This document shows positions 18,730 through 27,882 of a DNA stretch of 64,000 bases, one piece after another (within the stretch, counting starts at the first letter, position 1; each line of letters opens with the position of its first letter). Below the pieces are notes generated by a model. The model ran no database searches, was not told the DNA's origin, and worked only from the letters and a program-made list of their open reading frames with translations. Source of the stretch: Candidatus Flemingiibacterium sp. (GTDB lineage Bacteria; Bacillota; Clostridia; Oscillospirales; CAG-272); NCBI GenBank assembly GCA_045635785.1, contig JAZTWJ010000052.1, positions 541 through 64,540 of the forward strand. The letters are read 5' to 3'. The position numbers were made by a program, and so were the translations under genes.

Positions 18730-20142
18730 ATGGTTTTTTCAAGCCTTGAATTTCTGCTGCTCTATCTGACGGTGACGCTGTTTGTGTATCATATCGCACC
18801 GCTCAAGCTGCGCAATATTGTTCTTTTGGCTGTCAGTCTGGTTTTTTACGGTTGGGGTGAGCCGCTCTATGTGTTCTTGATGATCTTCACCATCAACGTA
18901 GACTATCTGTGCGGTCTGCTTGTGGAAAGAAATGTTTTGCGCGGTGATCGGCGGACGGCAAAGATCTGTATGATCATTGCCATCGTCATCAATCTGGCGA
19001 TCCTCGGCTTTTTCAAATATTACGATTTCTTCATCGAGAATCTTCGCCTGATTCCGGGACTTGACTTTTTGAAGCCCCTTGGACTCGGCTTGCCCATCGG
19101 CATCTCTTTTTACACCTTTCAGGCGCTGTCCTATGTCATTGACGTTTATCGCGCGGATACCCCCGCACAAAAGAATATCGCCTCCTTTGGCGCCTATGTC
19201 ACGCTCTATCCCCAGCTGATCGCAGGTCCCATCGTCCGTTATAAGGATGTGGATGATCAGCTTACGGAGAGGGAGCATTCCGTGCCGCTGTTTGCGGAGG
19301 GCGTCCGCACCTTTATCGCCGGTCTGTGCAAGAAAATTTTCCTTGCCAACATGGTGGGACAGCTGTGGGAATCCTTCAGGGCTGTGCCCTCCGATGAGTT
19401 GAGCATCGTCGGCGCATGGCTTGGCATTTTCTGCTATTCTCTCCAGATCTATTTTGACTTCTCCGCCTACTCCGATATGGCGATCGGTCTTGGCAAAATG
19501 ATCGGCTTCCGCTTCCTTGAAAACTTCAACTATCCCTATATTTCAAGATCCATCACCGAATTTTGGCGGCGATGGCATATTTCGCTGGGAACGTGGTTCC
19601 GCGACTATGTGTATATTCCGCTGGGCGGCAATCGCTGTTCAAAATTCAGGCAGCTTCGCAACATTTTCGTCGTATGGCTTCTCACCGGTTTTTGGCACGG
19701 TGCTAGCTGGAACTATATTCTGTGGGGACTGTATTATTTCGTATTGCTGCTCATCGAAAAGCTGTTCCTTCTCAAAAAATTAGAAAAAGCACCCGCCTTT
19801 TTCCGGCATTTGTACACGCTTTTTCTTGTGCTGTTCGGCTGGTTGCTGTTCGTCTTTGAGGATCTCGGCGCAGGCATGATCTATCTTGGCAATATGTTCG
19901 GCGTGGGCGGCGCGGGCTTTATCGGCGCCATGGATGTTTATAATCTGTCGCGCAATCTCCTCTTTTTTGCCGTTCTTATCATCGCCGCAACACCGCTTCC
20001 CAAAAAGATCTGCAAGGCACTCATCGAAAAACACGAGGCGGCACGCATCGCGTTCTCCGTGCTCGGCATGATCGGCGTATTGATGAGCCTTGCATATTTG
20101 GCAGATTCCACCTTCAATCCGTTCCTGTACTTCCGATTCTAA
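18730..20142 (+). CDS. MBOAT family O-acyltransferase (AlgI/DltB/PatA-like)
   Basis: 470 aa, polytopic membrane protein. Signature FWRRWHISLGTWFRDYVYIPLGGNR with the catalytic His. Confidence 0.9.
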   Translation: MVFSSLEFLLLYLTVTLFVYHIAPLKLRNIVLLAVSLVFYGWGEPLYVFLMIFTINVDYLCGLLVERNVLRGDRRTAKICMIIAIVINLAILGFFKYYDFFIENLRLIPGLDFLKPLGLGLPIGISFYTFQALSYVIDVYRADTPAQKNIASFGAYVTLYPQLIAGPIVRYKDVDDQLTEREHSVPLFAEGVRTFIAGLCKKIFLANMVGQLWESFRAVPSDELSIVGAWLGIFCYSLQIYFDFSAYSDMAIGLGKMIGFRFLENFNYPYISRSITEFWRRWHISLGTWFRDYVYIPLGGNRCSKFRQLRNIFVVWLLTGFWHGASWNYILWGLYYFVLLLIEKLFLLKKLEKAPAFFRHLYTLFLVLFGWLLFVFEDLGAGMIYLGNMFGVGGAGFIGAMDVYNLSRNLLFFAVLIIAATPLPKKICKALIEKHEAARIAFSVLGMIGVLMSLAYLADSTFNPFLYFRF

Positions 20143-20157
20143 GGGCAGGTGATTCAA

Positions 20158-21342
20158 ATGGACAACAAACAAAAGAAAAAATATCGCATCAGCGACCTGC
20201 TTTCGATCGCAGGACTGCTTGTCATTCTCTACGGATTTGCCATCGCCACCCTTGCGATGCCGGATACGCAGTTTTCTGAGGATGAAAACCGCGTCCTTCA
20301 GCAAAAGCCGAAGTTTTCGATCCACGCGCTGATAAGCGGCACCTATACGCGCGAGGTCGCGGATTATTTTGCCGATCAGCTCCCCCTGCGCGATCTGTTT
20401 GTGGGCGCGAAGGCGGCGGCGGAGATCTCCATGGGCAAACAGGAGAACGACGACGTTCTTCTCGGCAAAATGGGGCATATCATCGCCAAGGACGACCATC
20501 CGAATGTTGCGCAGGCGGACAAAAATATCCTCGCATTAAGCCGCTTCCATGCGATGCTGACGGATGTGGACTTTCGCGTTGCCATTGCGGGGCGCGCGCA
20601 GGATGTGCTGACCGCATACATGCCGACGCTCTATCCAAGCAAGGAGCTTTCCGATAAGCTGTTTGACCGTGTCGATCAAGGTCTGCAGGACATCCCCCGC
20701 GTTGAACTGCTCGCACCGCTTCGCGCAAGGGCAGATGCGGGCGAATATGTATATTATCGCACCGACCATCATTGGACGACGCTTGGCGCATACTACGCCT
20801 ATGCGGAGATCATGCGATCCTATGGCATGGAACCGCATCTCATGGAGTATTTCAGCATAGAGCGCGTTTCCGATGCCTTTTACGGCACCACATGGTCAAA
20901 GGCGGGCATGAAATGGATCCGCCCCGACAGCATGGAGTTTTTCCGTTGGGATGGAGATGATACCGTGATCACGGAGATCGCGGACAACGGCAGAACGCTT
21001 TCCGGCATGTACGACCGTTCCTATTTGAGTCTCAAGGACAAATACAGCGCGTTCATCGGCGGAAACAACGGCAGAGTGCGTATTTATCCCTCAGAGGGAA
21101 GCCCCCTTGCCACGCAAAAAAGAGAAACGCTGGTGCTGATCAAGGACAGCTTTGGTCATTCGCTTGCCCCGTTCCTTGCGGCGCATTTTGATCTTGAGAT
21201 CATTGACTTGCGCTATTATAAGCTCCCCATGTTAGAGCTGATCGCAGAGGTCGGCGCGACAAAGGTGCTGGTGTTATACAACATGGACAGCATCACAAAT
21301 TCCAACTCCCTTCAGCTTCTTGGCATCGGGCTCACAGAGTAA
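20158..21342 (+). CDS. DHHW family protein (AlgX/AlgJ/PatB-like SGNH-fold partner of MBOAT)
   Basis: N-terminal TM anchor and eponymous motif YYRTDHHWTTLGAYYAY. It lies immediately downstream of the MBOAT gene. ATG 20158 is preferred over GTG 20149 (AGG SD spacing). Confidence 0.85.
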   Translation: MDNKQKKKYRISDLLSIAGLLVILYGFAIATLAMPDTQFSEDENRVLQQKPKFSIHALISGTYTREVADYFADQLPLRDLFVGAKAAAEISMGKQENDDVLLGKMGHIIAKDDHPNVAQADKNILALSRFHAMLTDVDFRVAIAGRAQDVLTAYMPTLYPSKELSDKLFDRVDQGLQDIPRVELLAPLRARADAGEYVYYRTDHHWTTLGAYYAYAEIMRSYGMEPHLMEYFSIERVSDAFYGTTWSKAGMKWIRPDSMEFFRWDGDDTVITEIADNGRTLSGMYDRSYLSLKDKYSAFIGGNNGRVRIYPSEGSPLATQKRETLVLIKDSFGHSLAPFLAAHFDLEIIDLRYYKLPMLELIAEVGATKVLVLYNMDSITNSNSLQLLGIGLTE

Positions 21343-21394
21343 CAAAACAGACGGTCTGTTGATGTAAATCCAACAGACCGTCCTTTTATTTTTT
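21343..21394. terminator. bidirectional intrinsic terminator shared by the DHHW gene and nth
   Basis: 12-bp stem GACGGTCTGTTG/CAACAGACCGTC at 21350-21382. It is flanked by an A-rich tract 5' and CTTTTATTTTTT 3'. Confidence 0.85.
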
Positions 21395-22033
21395 CACATG
21401 CTTGCAAAGATCACGCACCGTGCATTCGTCGCATTTCGGTGCGCGTGCCGTGCAGACATCCCGTCCGTACTGCACCAGACGGTGGCAAAAATCCGATTGC
21501 TTGTGCGGCTCGATGAGTGGAATCAGGATCCGCTCGATTTTCAGCGGGTCCTTCAGCGATTCGGGATAGAGCCCGATCCTGCCGCAGATGCGGATACAGT
21601 GGGTATCGGTGACAATGGCGGGCTTGCCGTACACATCGCCAAGCAGTAGGTTGGCGATCTTGCGCCCCACCCCGGGGAAGCGCAGAAGCTCCTCCATCGT
21701 ATCGGGCAGAACACCGCCGTATTCATCGCGCAGCATGATGCAGGCATCCTTGATATTCTTCGCCTTTGTCCGATAAAGACCGCATGGGCGCACAAGCTCC
21801 TCCAGCTCCGCAAGCTCGCAGTCGGCAACGGCTTCCGCGGTGGGTAGCTTTCCAAACAGATCCTTACATACAATATTGACACGGGCATCGGTGCATTGCG
21901 CCGAAAGCCGCCCCATGATCAAAAGCTTCCATGCTTCGCCGCCGGATTCCAGCGCACACTGTGCGTCGGGATATAGCTTTTCAAGTCGATCGCAAAATGC
22001 GCGAGCACGTTCTTTTTTTGTCAAGGGAACCAT
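21386..22033 (-). CDS. nth: endonuclease III
   Basis: 215 aa. HhH-GPD region LLRFPGVGRKIANLLLG, catalytic D, and Fe-S cluster loop C-x6-C-x2-C-x5-C (CTARAPKCDECTVRDLC). Confidence 0.93.
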   Translation of the reverse strand: MVPLTKKERARAFCDRLEKLYPDAQCALESGGEAWKLLIMGRLSAQCTDARVNIVCKDLFGKLPTAEAVADCELAELEELVRPCGLYRTKAKNIKDACIMLRDEYGGVLPDTMEELLRFPGVGRKIANLLLGDVYGKPAIVTDTHCIRICGRIGLYPESLKDPLKIERILIPLIEPHKQSDFCHRLVQYGRDVCTARAPKCDECTVRDLCKHVKK

Positions 22034-22128
22034 TCCTTTCGATTGTGATACTTTTATTATACAGCATCAGCCGCGCCCTTGTCAACTATCAGTTTTGAAA
22101 GTATTCCCCATTTTTTGACCGTCTGTGG

Positions 22129-24579
22129 CTACTTGATTGCAGATTCATCGGGCTCCTGCTCGGAAAAGCCCTCCTCCGCGCCGTTTTCCGTGATACGCAT
22201 CAGCACCACCGTCATATCATCGCTTCGCGTATTGTTCATCACCGCATGCTCGAGGATCTTATCCGCCATCCGCTGCAGATCATCCTCCCATTCACAGCCG
22301 AGCAACTCCGCCAACCAAATGCCCTCCTCCAGCGACTGCGCCACGCCGTCGCTGAACATGACCAAAATATCGCCCGCTTCCAGATCCAGCCGGATCTGCT
22401 CCGCATCCAAATCGCGCAAAATGCCGATGGGAACGGTCTTTGACTGCAGCTTATACAAATTGCCCTCTCGCAGAACATAGGACGGCGCCGCGCCGCTTTT
22501 TACAAAAAATGCCTCGCCGGACAGCAGATCGATTTCCGCCAAATCAATGGTGGCAGAGCATTCGTTGCCCCGACTGCGGATAAAGCCGTTGAGCATTTCC
22601 AGCGTCACATGCTTGGTGTTGCCGCTCCGAAGCATCTGCTCGCAAAAGACCGCGCACAGCTTGGAGGTGATCGCCGCCTCCTTGCCGCTTCCCATGCCAT
22701 CGGAGATCAGCGCATAGCAAAAGTCCTCCCGATTTTCAAATACGGCAGCAGTATCTCCGTTGGTACTTTCCTCCTCCTTCACATTGCTCGCCCTTGCGCT
22801 TTCGATGCGAAAGCATCGCCTTGCGCGAAGGGTGACGGTGACCGTGTCCTCCTCAATATGAAAGTGCGGCATGCAAAGCGGTGTCTGAAGGGTATTTTCC
22901 ACCGCCAGACGCAGTTCTTCTGCGCCCATGCGCACGCTTGCAAGCTCTACGCCGCCGATAATGACCTGCTTTTTACGCTCCCCGTAGCAGAGCGCACCTG
23001 CGGCGCGAAGATCCATATACCGCAAGGATCGCTGCAGTTTTTTTGTCAGCTCCTCGTTGATTTTATACTCCGCATCATTTTTTGCGACGGATTCCGCGAG
23101 CAGCTTGGACAGCGCGTCATAATCCACGGCAAACGCCTCCGTCTTATCGCTTCCAATCAGCCGCTCGATCAGATGTGCGGTCTCCAGATTGATATTTGCC
23201 GTAATTTTCTCGATGTTGTAGCAACGCTCCCTCAGGTATGGGGGAATATCGGAAAGCTCGATTCTGCCGTTTTGATAGAGGGCGGCGGTGATTTTGCTTT
23301 GTGCATCCATGGTGGAGCTGCTTTCTCTCTCCCAGCAAAATGCAAACAAGGAGCATTTTTCGCAACATCCGTCAAATACCCTGTCGCAGACCTGCTTCAA
23401 GTCCATGATCCCCGGTCGCCGCAAGCGGTCCGAGAGCGTATAGATCACCTCGGAAAGATGACTGAAGGTTTCCGACAGCGCATGCATCCGCAGGGTTGTA
23501 TCCGTGTGCTTTTTCTCCATCATGTAAAACTCCTCATCCCGCCTGTCCGCCTCCGTGCTCGAAAACACGGGCAGACGCGGCATAATGTTATAAAGCGACA
23601 GCGGTGCAAAAACAGCCGCCGCGGTCAGCGTATCCGGCAAAAGCCTCTGCAGGATCTCAAACCCGTCCATGGCAACGCCAACGGTCATGAGGGCAACGCA
23701 TCCTGCCGCCATCGCCGCCGGCTTGTTGCGCTTCCAAAGAAATCCCGCAAGAAGCCCTGCCGTCGCCAAAAGGCAGGGTGCCGCACCGACGGAATACGCC
23801 AAGTCTGCATTTTCCGCCGCCTCAAATACGCGAACGCTTCCGCAGGCGATGCCCGCCGCCAATCCCACCGCACAGCCTCGCAGAGCGCCGCCGCAGGATG
23901 CCGCCCAAAGCGTCACAAAAAATGCCGCCGCAAAGGCGGGGGAGAATCCCCACACGCTATATTCGCGCAGGGCAAATACCGTGATGAAGATCAGCGTGCC
24001 GGCAGAAAGCTCCGCGTATCTTCTGATCTGCTCGTTTTTTGTAAACATGCCCGAGAGAGCCAGCGTGCAGAGGGGGCAAAGAAAGAATCCCGCCGTCAAT
24101 CCAAACAGATCATAGTATAAAAATCCGCCTGTGATCAAGCGAAGCATGCCAATAACAAAGGCGCAAAAGCAGGAGATCGCACAGCGAATGAGAATGCTTT
24201 CGCCGAACATGCCGTGCACCGATCGCGCCAAGCGTGCGTCGGGGCGAGCGAGAAGCTTTCTGCATATCAGAGCGCGCGCCGAAAAGCAAAGTATGTATGC
24301 CACCGTCATTGCCACCGCCTGTCCGCGCAGAAAAAGCGAGGAGATCACGAGTCCGAGCAAGCAATGGGGAACGAACACATTCGCCGCCGACAGCAAAGCA
24401 ATGCCAAAGGGATGGCATCCGAAGGGCCCCGCCGCGCATCCAAACAGCAGAGCGAGAAGTGCGACTCCCACGCCCTTGGCGAGCTGCAGGGGGCTTATTT
24501 TTGAAAGATCCACCGCATTTTTGTCTGTGGAAAGAAATGCTTTTTCGAGGTTCTGCTTCAAAAGCTTTTGTAATGCCAT
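22129..24579 (-). CDS. spoIIE: stage II sporulation protein E (membrane-bound PP2C phosphatase)
   Basis: About 10 TM segments at the N-terminus and a C-terminal PP2C domain (GDTAAVF..., ISDGMGSG, MFSDGV, DDMTVV). Start placed at MALQKLL (24579). The 113-codon upstream extension of the tracked ORF has no homology signal and runs through the nfnA promoter region. Confidence 0.88.
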   Translation of the reverse strand: MALQKLLKQNLEKAFLSTDKNAVDLSKISPLQLAKGVGVALLALLFGCAAGPFGCHPFGIALLSAANVFVPHCLLGLVISSLFLRGQAVAMTVAYILCFSARALICRKLLARPDARLARSVHGMFGESILIRCAISCFCAFVIGMLRLITGGFLYYDLFGLTAGFFLCPLCTLALSGMFTKNEQIRRYAELSAGTLIFITVFALREYSVWGFSPAFAAAFFVTLWAASCGGALRGCAVGLAAGIACGSVRVFEAAENADLAYSVGAAPCLLATAGLLAGFLWKRNKPAAMAAGCVALMTVGVAMDGFEILQRLLPDTLTAAAVFAPLSLYNIMPRLPVFSSTEADRRDEEFYMMEKKHTDTTLRMHALSETFSHLSEVIYTLSDRLRRPGIMDLKQVCDRVFDGCCEKCSLFAFCWERESSSTMDAQSKITAALYQNGRIELSDIPPYLRERCYNIEKITANINLETAHLIERLIGSDKTEAFAVDYDALSKLLAESVAKNDAEYKINEELTKKLQRSLRYMDLRAAGALCYGERKKQVIIGGVELASVRMGAEELRLAVENTLQTPLCMPHFHIEEDTVTVTLRARRCFRIESARASNVKEEESTNGDTAAVFENREDFCYALISDGMGSGKEAAITSKLCAVFCEQMLRSGNTKHVTLEMLNGFIRSRGNECSATIDLAEIDLLSGEAFFVKSGAAPSYVLREGNLYKLQSKTVPIGILRDLDAEQIRLDLEAGDILVMFSDGVAQSLEEGIWLAELLGCEWEDDLQRMADKILEHAVMNNTRSDDMTVVLMRITENGAEEGFSEQEPDESAIK

Positions 24580-24851
24580 GATTTTTACCGTCCTTGAAAA
24601 TCTGAAAAATTTGCCATATGCGGCTTGTGGCAATATTATACCGCAAACGGAAAATTTCCTCTGTCGATTGATGCCTGTAGCTTGACGGCGGATTATTGCA
24701 TCCTCGGTTGGGGAATGGCGACAATCGCCGTTTCCCGCCCGAATTGATATACGAACGGGCGATTCTTTGCCTATTTCGGCGCATTTGGTCATGCGTTTTC
24801 GCAGAACGACCGTATTTTTTCTCAAAAGCTTCAAAAAATTCAAAAAATCCC

Positions 24852-24881
24852 TTGCAATACCGAATAGAAATATGTTATAAT
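24852..24881 (+). promoter_or_regulatory. putative sigma-A promoter of nfnAB (extended -10)
   Basis: TTGCAA (24852-24857), 18-nt spacer, TGtTATAAT (24873-24881). This implies a leader of about 120 nt. Confidence 0.55.
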
Positions 24882-25008
24882 TAAAGATGTATCGAAATAT
24901 TATCGGTCTCTGCACCAAGATCCACGCTACGGTTTCCGTCCTGTGGATGCTTCACCCCCGCAACCTTGCAGAAAGGAAGACTTGCCCTGCAAGTCACAGA
25001 CATAAATT

Positions 25009-25857
25009 ATGTATAGGATCACCGCAAAGAAAAGCTTGAATCCCACCGTCACCATGATGAACATCGAGGCGCCGCTTGTTGCTAAAAAGGCACAGCCAGG
25101 TCAGTTCATCATTCTCCGTACCGATGCGGACGGCGAGCGCATCCCTCTCACCATTGCAGGCTATGATCGCGCCGCAGGCACCGTAAAGATCATTTTCCAG
25201 ATCGTCGGCGCCACCACCGAAAAATTGAATCACAAAAATGTGGGAGATTCTCTCTCCGATTTTGTGGGCCCCCTTGGCATGCCCACCGAGCTGGAAGGAC
25301 TGAAAAACGTTCTGATCGTAGGCGGCGGCGTAGGCTGTGCCATCGCCCTGCCCATCGCTGCGGCTCTGCATGAAGCAGGATGTCATGTAACCTCTGTCAT
25401 CGGCTTCCGTTCAAAGGATCTGCTGATCCTCGAAGACGAATTCAAAGCGGCATCGGAGCGTCTGGTTGTCATGACCGACCACGGCTCCTACGGCAGAGAA
25501 GGCAATGTCTGCATTCCGCTGAACGAAATGTTCGCCGCAGGCGAGCGATTTGATAAGGTCATCACCATCGGTCCCCTCATCATGATGAAATTTGTTGTCG
25601 AGGCGACACGTCCCACGGGAATTCCCTGTGTTGTTTCCATGAATCCCATCATGATCGACGGCACGGGAATGTGCGGCGGATGCCGTCTGACTCTGCATCG
25701 CGACGGACAGCGCATCACCAAATTCGCTTGTGTGGACGGACCCGATTTCAATGGCTACGAGGTGGATTTTGACGAGGCAATGGAGCGCGGCACCATGTTC
25801 CGCGATTTTGAACGCCACGCCCATGAGGAAGCCTGCAATCTGTTCAAAAACGCATAA
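25009..25857 (+). CDS. nfnA: NfnA-type FAD/NAD(P)-binding and [2Fe-2S] oxidoreductase subunit (sulfide/dihydroorotate dehydrogenase-like)
   Basis: 282 aa. MYRITAKKSLNPTVTMMNIEAPLVAKKAQPGQF N-terminus typical of NfnA/GltD-partner proteins. C-terminal cysteine cluster C..GTGMCGGC. Confidence 0.88.
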   Translation: MYRITAKKSLNPTVTMMNIEAPLVAKKAQPGQFIILRTDADGERIPLTIAGYDRAAGTVKIIFQIVGATTEKLNHKNVGDSLSDFVGPLGMPTELEGLKNVLIVGGGVGCAIALPIAAALHEAGCHVTSVIGFRSKDLLILEDEFKAASERLVVMTDHGSYGREGNVCIPLNEMFAAGERFDKVITIGPLIMMKFVVEATRPTGIPCVVSMNPIMIDGTGMCGGCRLTLHRDGQRITKFACVDGPDFNGYEVDFDEAMERGTMFRDFERHAHEEACNLFKNA

Positions 25858-25883
25858 TATCGCAATAAAAGGAAGATAGACAA

Positions 25884-27296
25884 ATGTCTAACATGTCAAA
25901 CATCAAAAATCCTATGCCCACGCAGGATCCTGCAAAACGGGCGCATAATTTCGATGAGGTCGCCCTCGGCTATTCGAAAGAAGCCGCGCTGGACGAAGCT
26001 CTGCGCTGTCTTGACTGCAAGCATATGCCTTGCGTAAGCGGCTGTCCCGTCAACATTCACATTCCCGCCTTCATCGGCAAAATTCGCGAGTGCGATTTCG
26101 AGGGCGCATATCAAATCATCGCAAAGACATCCTCTCTGCCGGCGGTTTGCGGTCGTGTATGCCCGCAGGAAACCCAATGCGAGGCGAAATGTGTCCGCGG
26201 CATCAAAGGCGAGCCGGTGGGAATCGGCAGATTGGAACGGTTTGTCGCCGACTGGCACAATGCCCATTCAAGCATGCCTTCCGAGCCCGTAAAATTCAAC
26301 GGTCACAAGGTTGCCGTTATCGGATCGGGCCCTTCCGGTCTGACCTGCGCAGGCGATCTTGCCCGCATGGGATACAGCGTCACCGTTTTTGAAGCTCTGC
26401 ATACCGCAGGCGGTGTGCTGGTATACGGCATCCCCGAATTCCGTCTTCCCAAGGCGATCGTCGAAAAGGAAGTGGAAAATTTGAAGGCGATGGGCGTAAA
26501 AATCGAAACCAATGTGGTCATCGGCAAAACGCTTACCGTGGATGAGCTGTTCGAGGAGGGCTTTGAGGCAGTGTTCATCGGCTCGGGAGCAGGTCTCCCC
26601 GCCTTCATGAATATCCCCGGCGAAAGCCTCAAGGGCGTATATTCGGCAAACGAATATCTCACGCGCTCCAATCTGATGAAAGCATTCCGAGAAAATCCCG
26701 TCACGCCCATTTCCAAGGGCGGCAAGGTCGCCGTAGTAGGCGGCGGCAACGTGGCGATGGATGCGGCAAGAACCGCTCTGCGTCTCGGCGCCGATAAGGT
26801 CTATATCGTCTACCGCCGTTCCATGGAGGAGCTTCCTGCGCGCCGTGAGGAGGTAGAGCATGCCATGGAGGAGGGGATCGAATTCCTTCTTCTCAACAAT
26901 CCCGTGGAGATCCTCGGCTATCGCAACGAAAACGACCGTCGCGATCCGAAAAACGGCTGTGTAACCGGCATGCGCTGCATCAAAATGGAGCTTGGCGAGC
27001 CGGATGAAAAGGGACGTCGCCGTCCCATCCCCGTGGAGGGCAGTGAATATGTTCTGGATGTGGATACAGTGGTTATTTCTATCGGTACCACACCCAATCC
27101 GCTGATCAAATCCACCACCGAAGGGCTGGAGGTCAATTCACACGGCGGCATTATCGTCAACGAAGACGGGCTGACATCCCGCAGCGCGGTCTATGCGGGC
27201 GGAGACGCCGTAACAGGCGCCGCCACGGTCATTTCCGCCATGGGTGCAGGCAAAACTGCGGCAAAAGCCATCAACGAATATCTGAGCAACAAGTAA
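25884..27296 (+). CDS. nfnB: NfnB-type NADPH-dependent glutamate synthase small-subunit homolog
   Basis: 470 aa. Two N-terminal Fe-S cysteine clusters (CLDCKHMPCVSGCP; CGRVCPQETQCEAKC), dinucleotide folds VAVIGSGPSGL and VAVVGGGNVAMD. Confidence 0.88.
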   Translation: MSNMSNIKNPMPTQDPAKRAHNFDEVALGYSKEAALDEALRCLDCKHMPCVSGCPVNIHIPAFIGKIRECDFEGAYQIIAKTSSLPAVCGRVCPQETQCEAKCVRGIKGEPVGIGRLERFVADWHNAHSSMPSEPVKFNGHKVAVIGSGPSGLTCAGDLARMGYSVTVFEALHTAGGVLVYGIPEFRLPKAIVEKEVENLKAMGVKIETNVVIGKTLTVDELFEEGFEAVFIGSGAGLPAFMNIPGESLKGVYSANEYLTRSNLMKAFRENPVTPISKGGKVAVVGGGNVAMDAARTALRLGADKVYIVYRRSMEELPARREEVEHAMEEGIEFLLLNNPVEILGYRNENDRRDPKNGCVTGMRCIKMELGEPDEKGRRRPIPVEGSEYVLDVDTVVISIGTTPNPLIKSTTEGLEVNSHGGIIVNEDGLTSRSAVYAGGDAVTGAATVISAMGAGKTAAKAINEYLSNK

Positions 27297-27300
27297 AAAT

Positions 27301-27341
27301 ATCCCGCGGTGCTGTGACCAACACCGCGGGATCACTGTTTT
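27301..27341 (+). terminator. intrinsic terminator after nfnB
   Basis: 11-bp stem ATCCCGCGGTG/CACCGCGGGAT at 27301-27332 followed by CACTGTTTT. Confidence 0.75.
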
Positions 27342-27342
27342 C

Positions 27343-27383
27343 GGAAAAATATAAGGCAGTCGCTGCAGCGCGACTGCCTTTTT
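27343..27383 (-). terminator. intrinsic terminator after the MGS-like gene (hairpin is usable in both directions)
   Basis: 11-bp stem AAGGCAGTCGC/GCGACTGCCTT at 27353-27380. The minus-strand reading is followed by ATATTTTTCC and the plus-strand reading by TTT. Confidence 0.7.
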
Positions 27384-27405
27384 AACTGAACGGTCTGTTC
27401 TTATT

Positions 27406-27822
27406 TTAATGATTGCGAGATGACTTGGGATTTACAATTTCGCGCCAATCAAGTCCGCCGTTTTCCAGCGCGCAGACCAAAACCTCGGCGGTCGCAATAT
27501 TGGTCGCCACCGGCACATTGTAAACATCGCACATGCGGAGAAGGTTGTTATGCTCCTCGTCAAATGCCACATCTCTTGAAGTGTCTCTGAAATAAATGAG
27601 AAGATCAATTTCGTTGTATGCAATACGGGATGTAATTTGCTGTGCACCGCCGTGCGCGCCGGAAAGGAGACGCTCGATATGAAGACCGGTCGCCTCGGAA
27701 ATATATTTGCCGGTAATACCGGTTGCACAAAGACTATGCTTGCACAGAATACCACAGTATGCAATACAGAACTGCGTCATAAGCTCTTTTTTCTTGTCGT
27801 CAGCGATGATTGCAATTTCCAT
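27406..27822 (-). CDS. methylglyoxal synthase-like protein with substituted catalytic residues
   Basis: 138 aa, collinear with B. subtilis/E. coli MgsA (ATG.TG, GLHIERLLSG, CDVYNVPVATN.ATAE). However IAHD is IADD, GGDQQ is GGAQQ, and the PHDPD loop is AFDEEH. Confidence 0.85.
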   Translation of the reverse strand: MEIAIIADDKKKELMTQFCIAYCGILCKHSLCATGITGKYISEATGLHIERLLSGAHGGAQQITSRIAYNEIDLLIYFRDTSRDVAFDEEHNNLLRMCDVYNVPVATNIATAEVLVCALENGGLDWREIVNPKSSRNH

Positions 27823-27882
27823 TTGTGAATCCTATCCTTTCGTTTTTCTGGGATTGCCATATCTTTTTCTATGAATCTTTTT

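Noticed and set aside
22609-24120. 503-aa plus-strand ORF antisense to spoIIE. Similar long antisense ORFs occur at 624-1631, 2216-3526, 4108-5043, 5164-5925, 8031-9242, 29053-30027, 35422-36363, 37138-38385, 42433-43521, 49514-50551, 51197-52012 and 57887-58846.
   Set aside because: Each lies entirely opposite a high-confidence conserved gene. Each has an Arg/Cys/His/Gly-rich composition, no SD and no motif. They are treated as non-coding shadows.
24868-24886. Possible Rex operator (TGTTATAATTAAAGA) overlapping the nfnAB promoter
   Set aside because: It matches the TTGTTAA-N4-TTAACAA-type consensus poorly; the right half-site is mostly mismatched.
24580-24918. N-terminal 113-codon extension of the spoIIE ORF
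   Set aside because: The extension has no membrane or SpoIIE-like sequence and runs across the nfnA promoter. The internal Met (MALQKLL, 24579) is preceded by an SD-like AAGGACGG and begins the TM domain.
24942-24950. DnaA-box-like TGTGGATGC in the nfnA leader
   Set aside because: It is an isolated single 7/9 match that forms the 3' arm of a local hairpin (24920-24948). There is no clustering.
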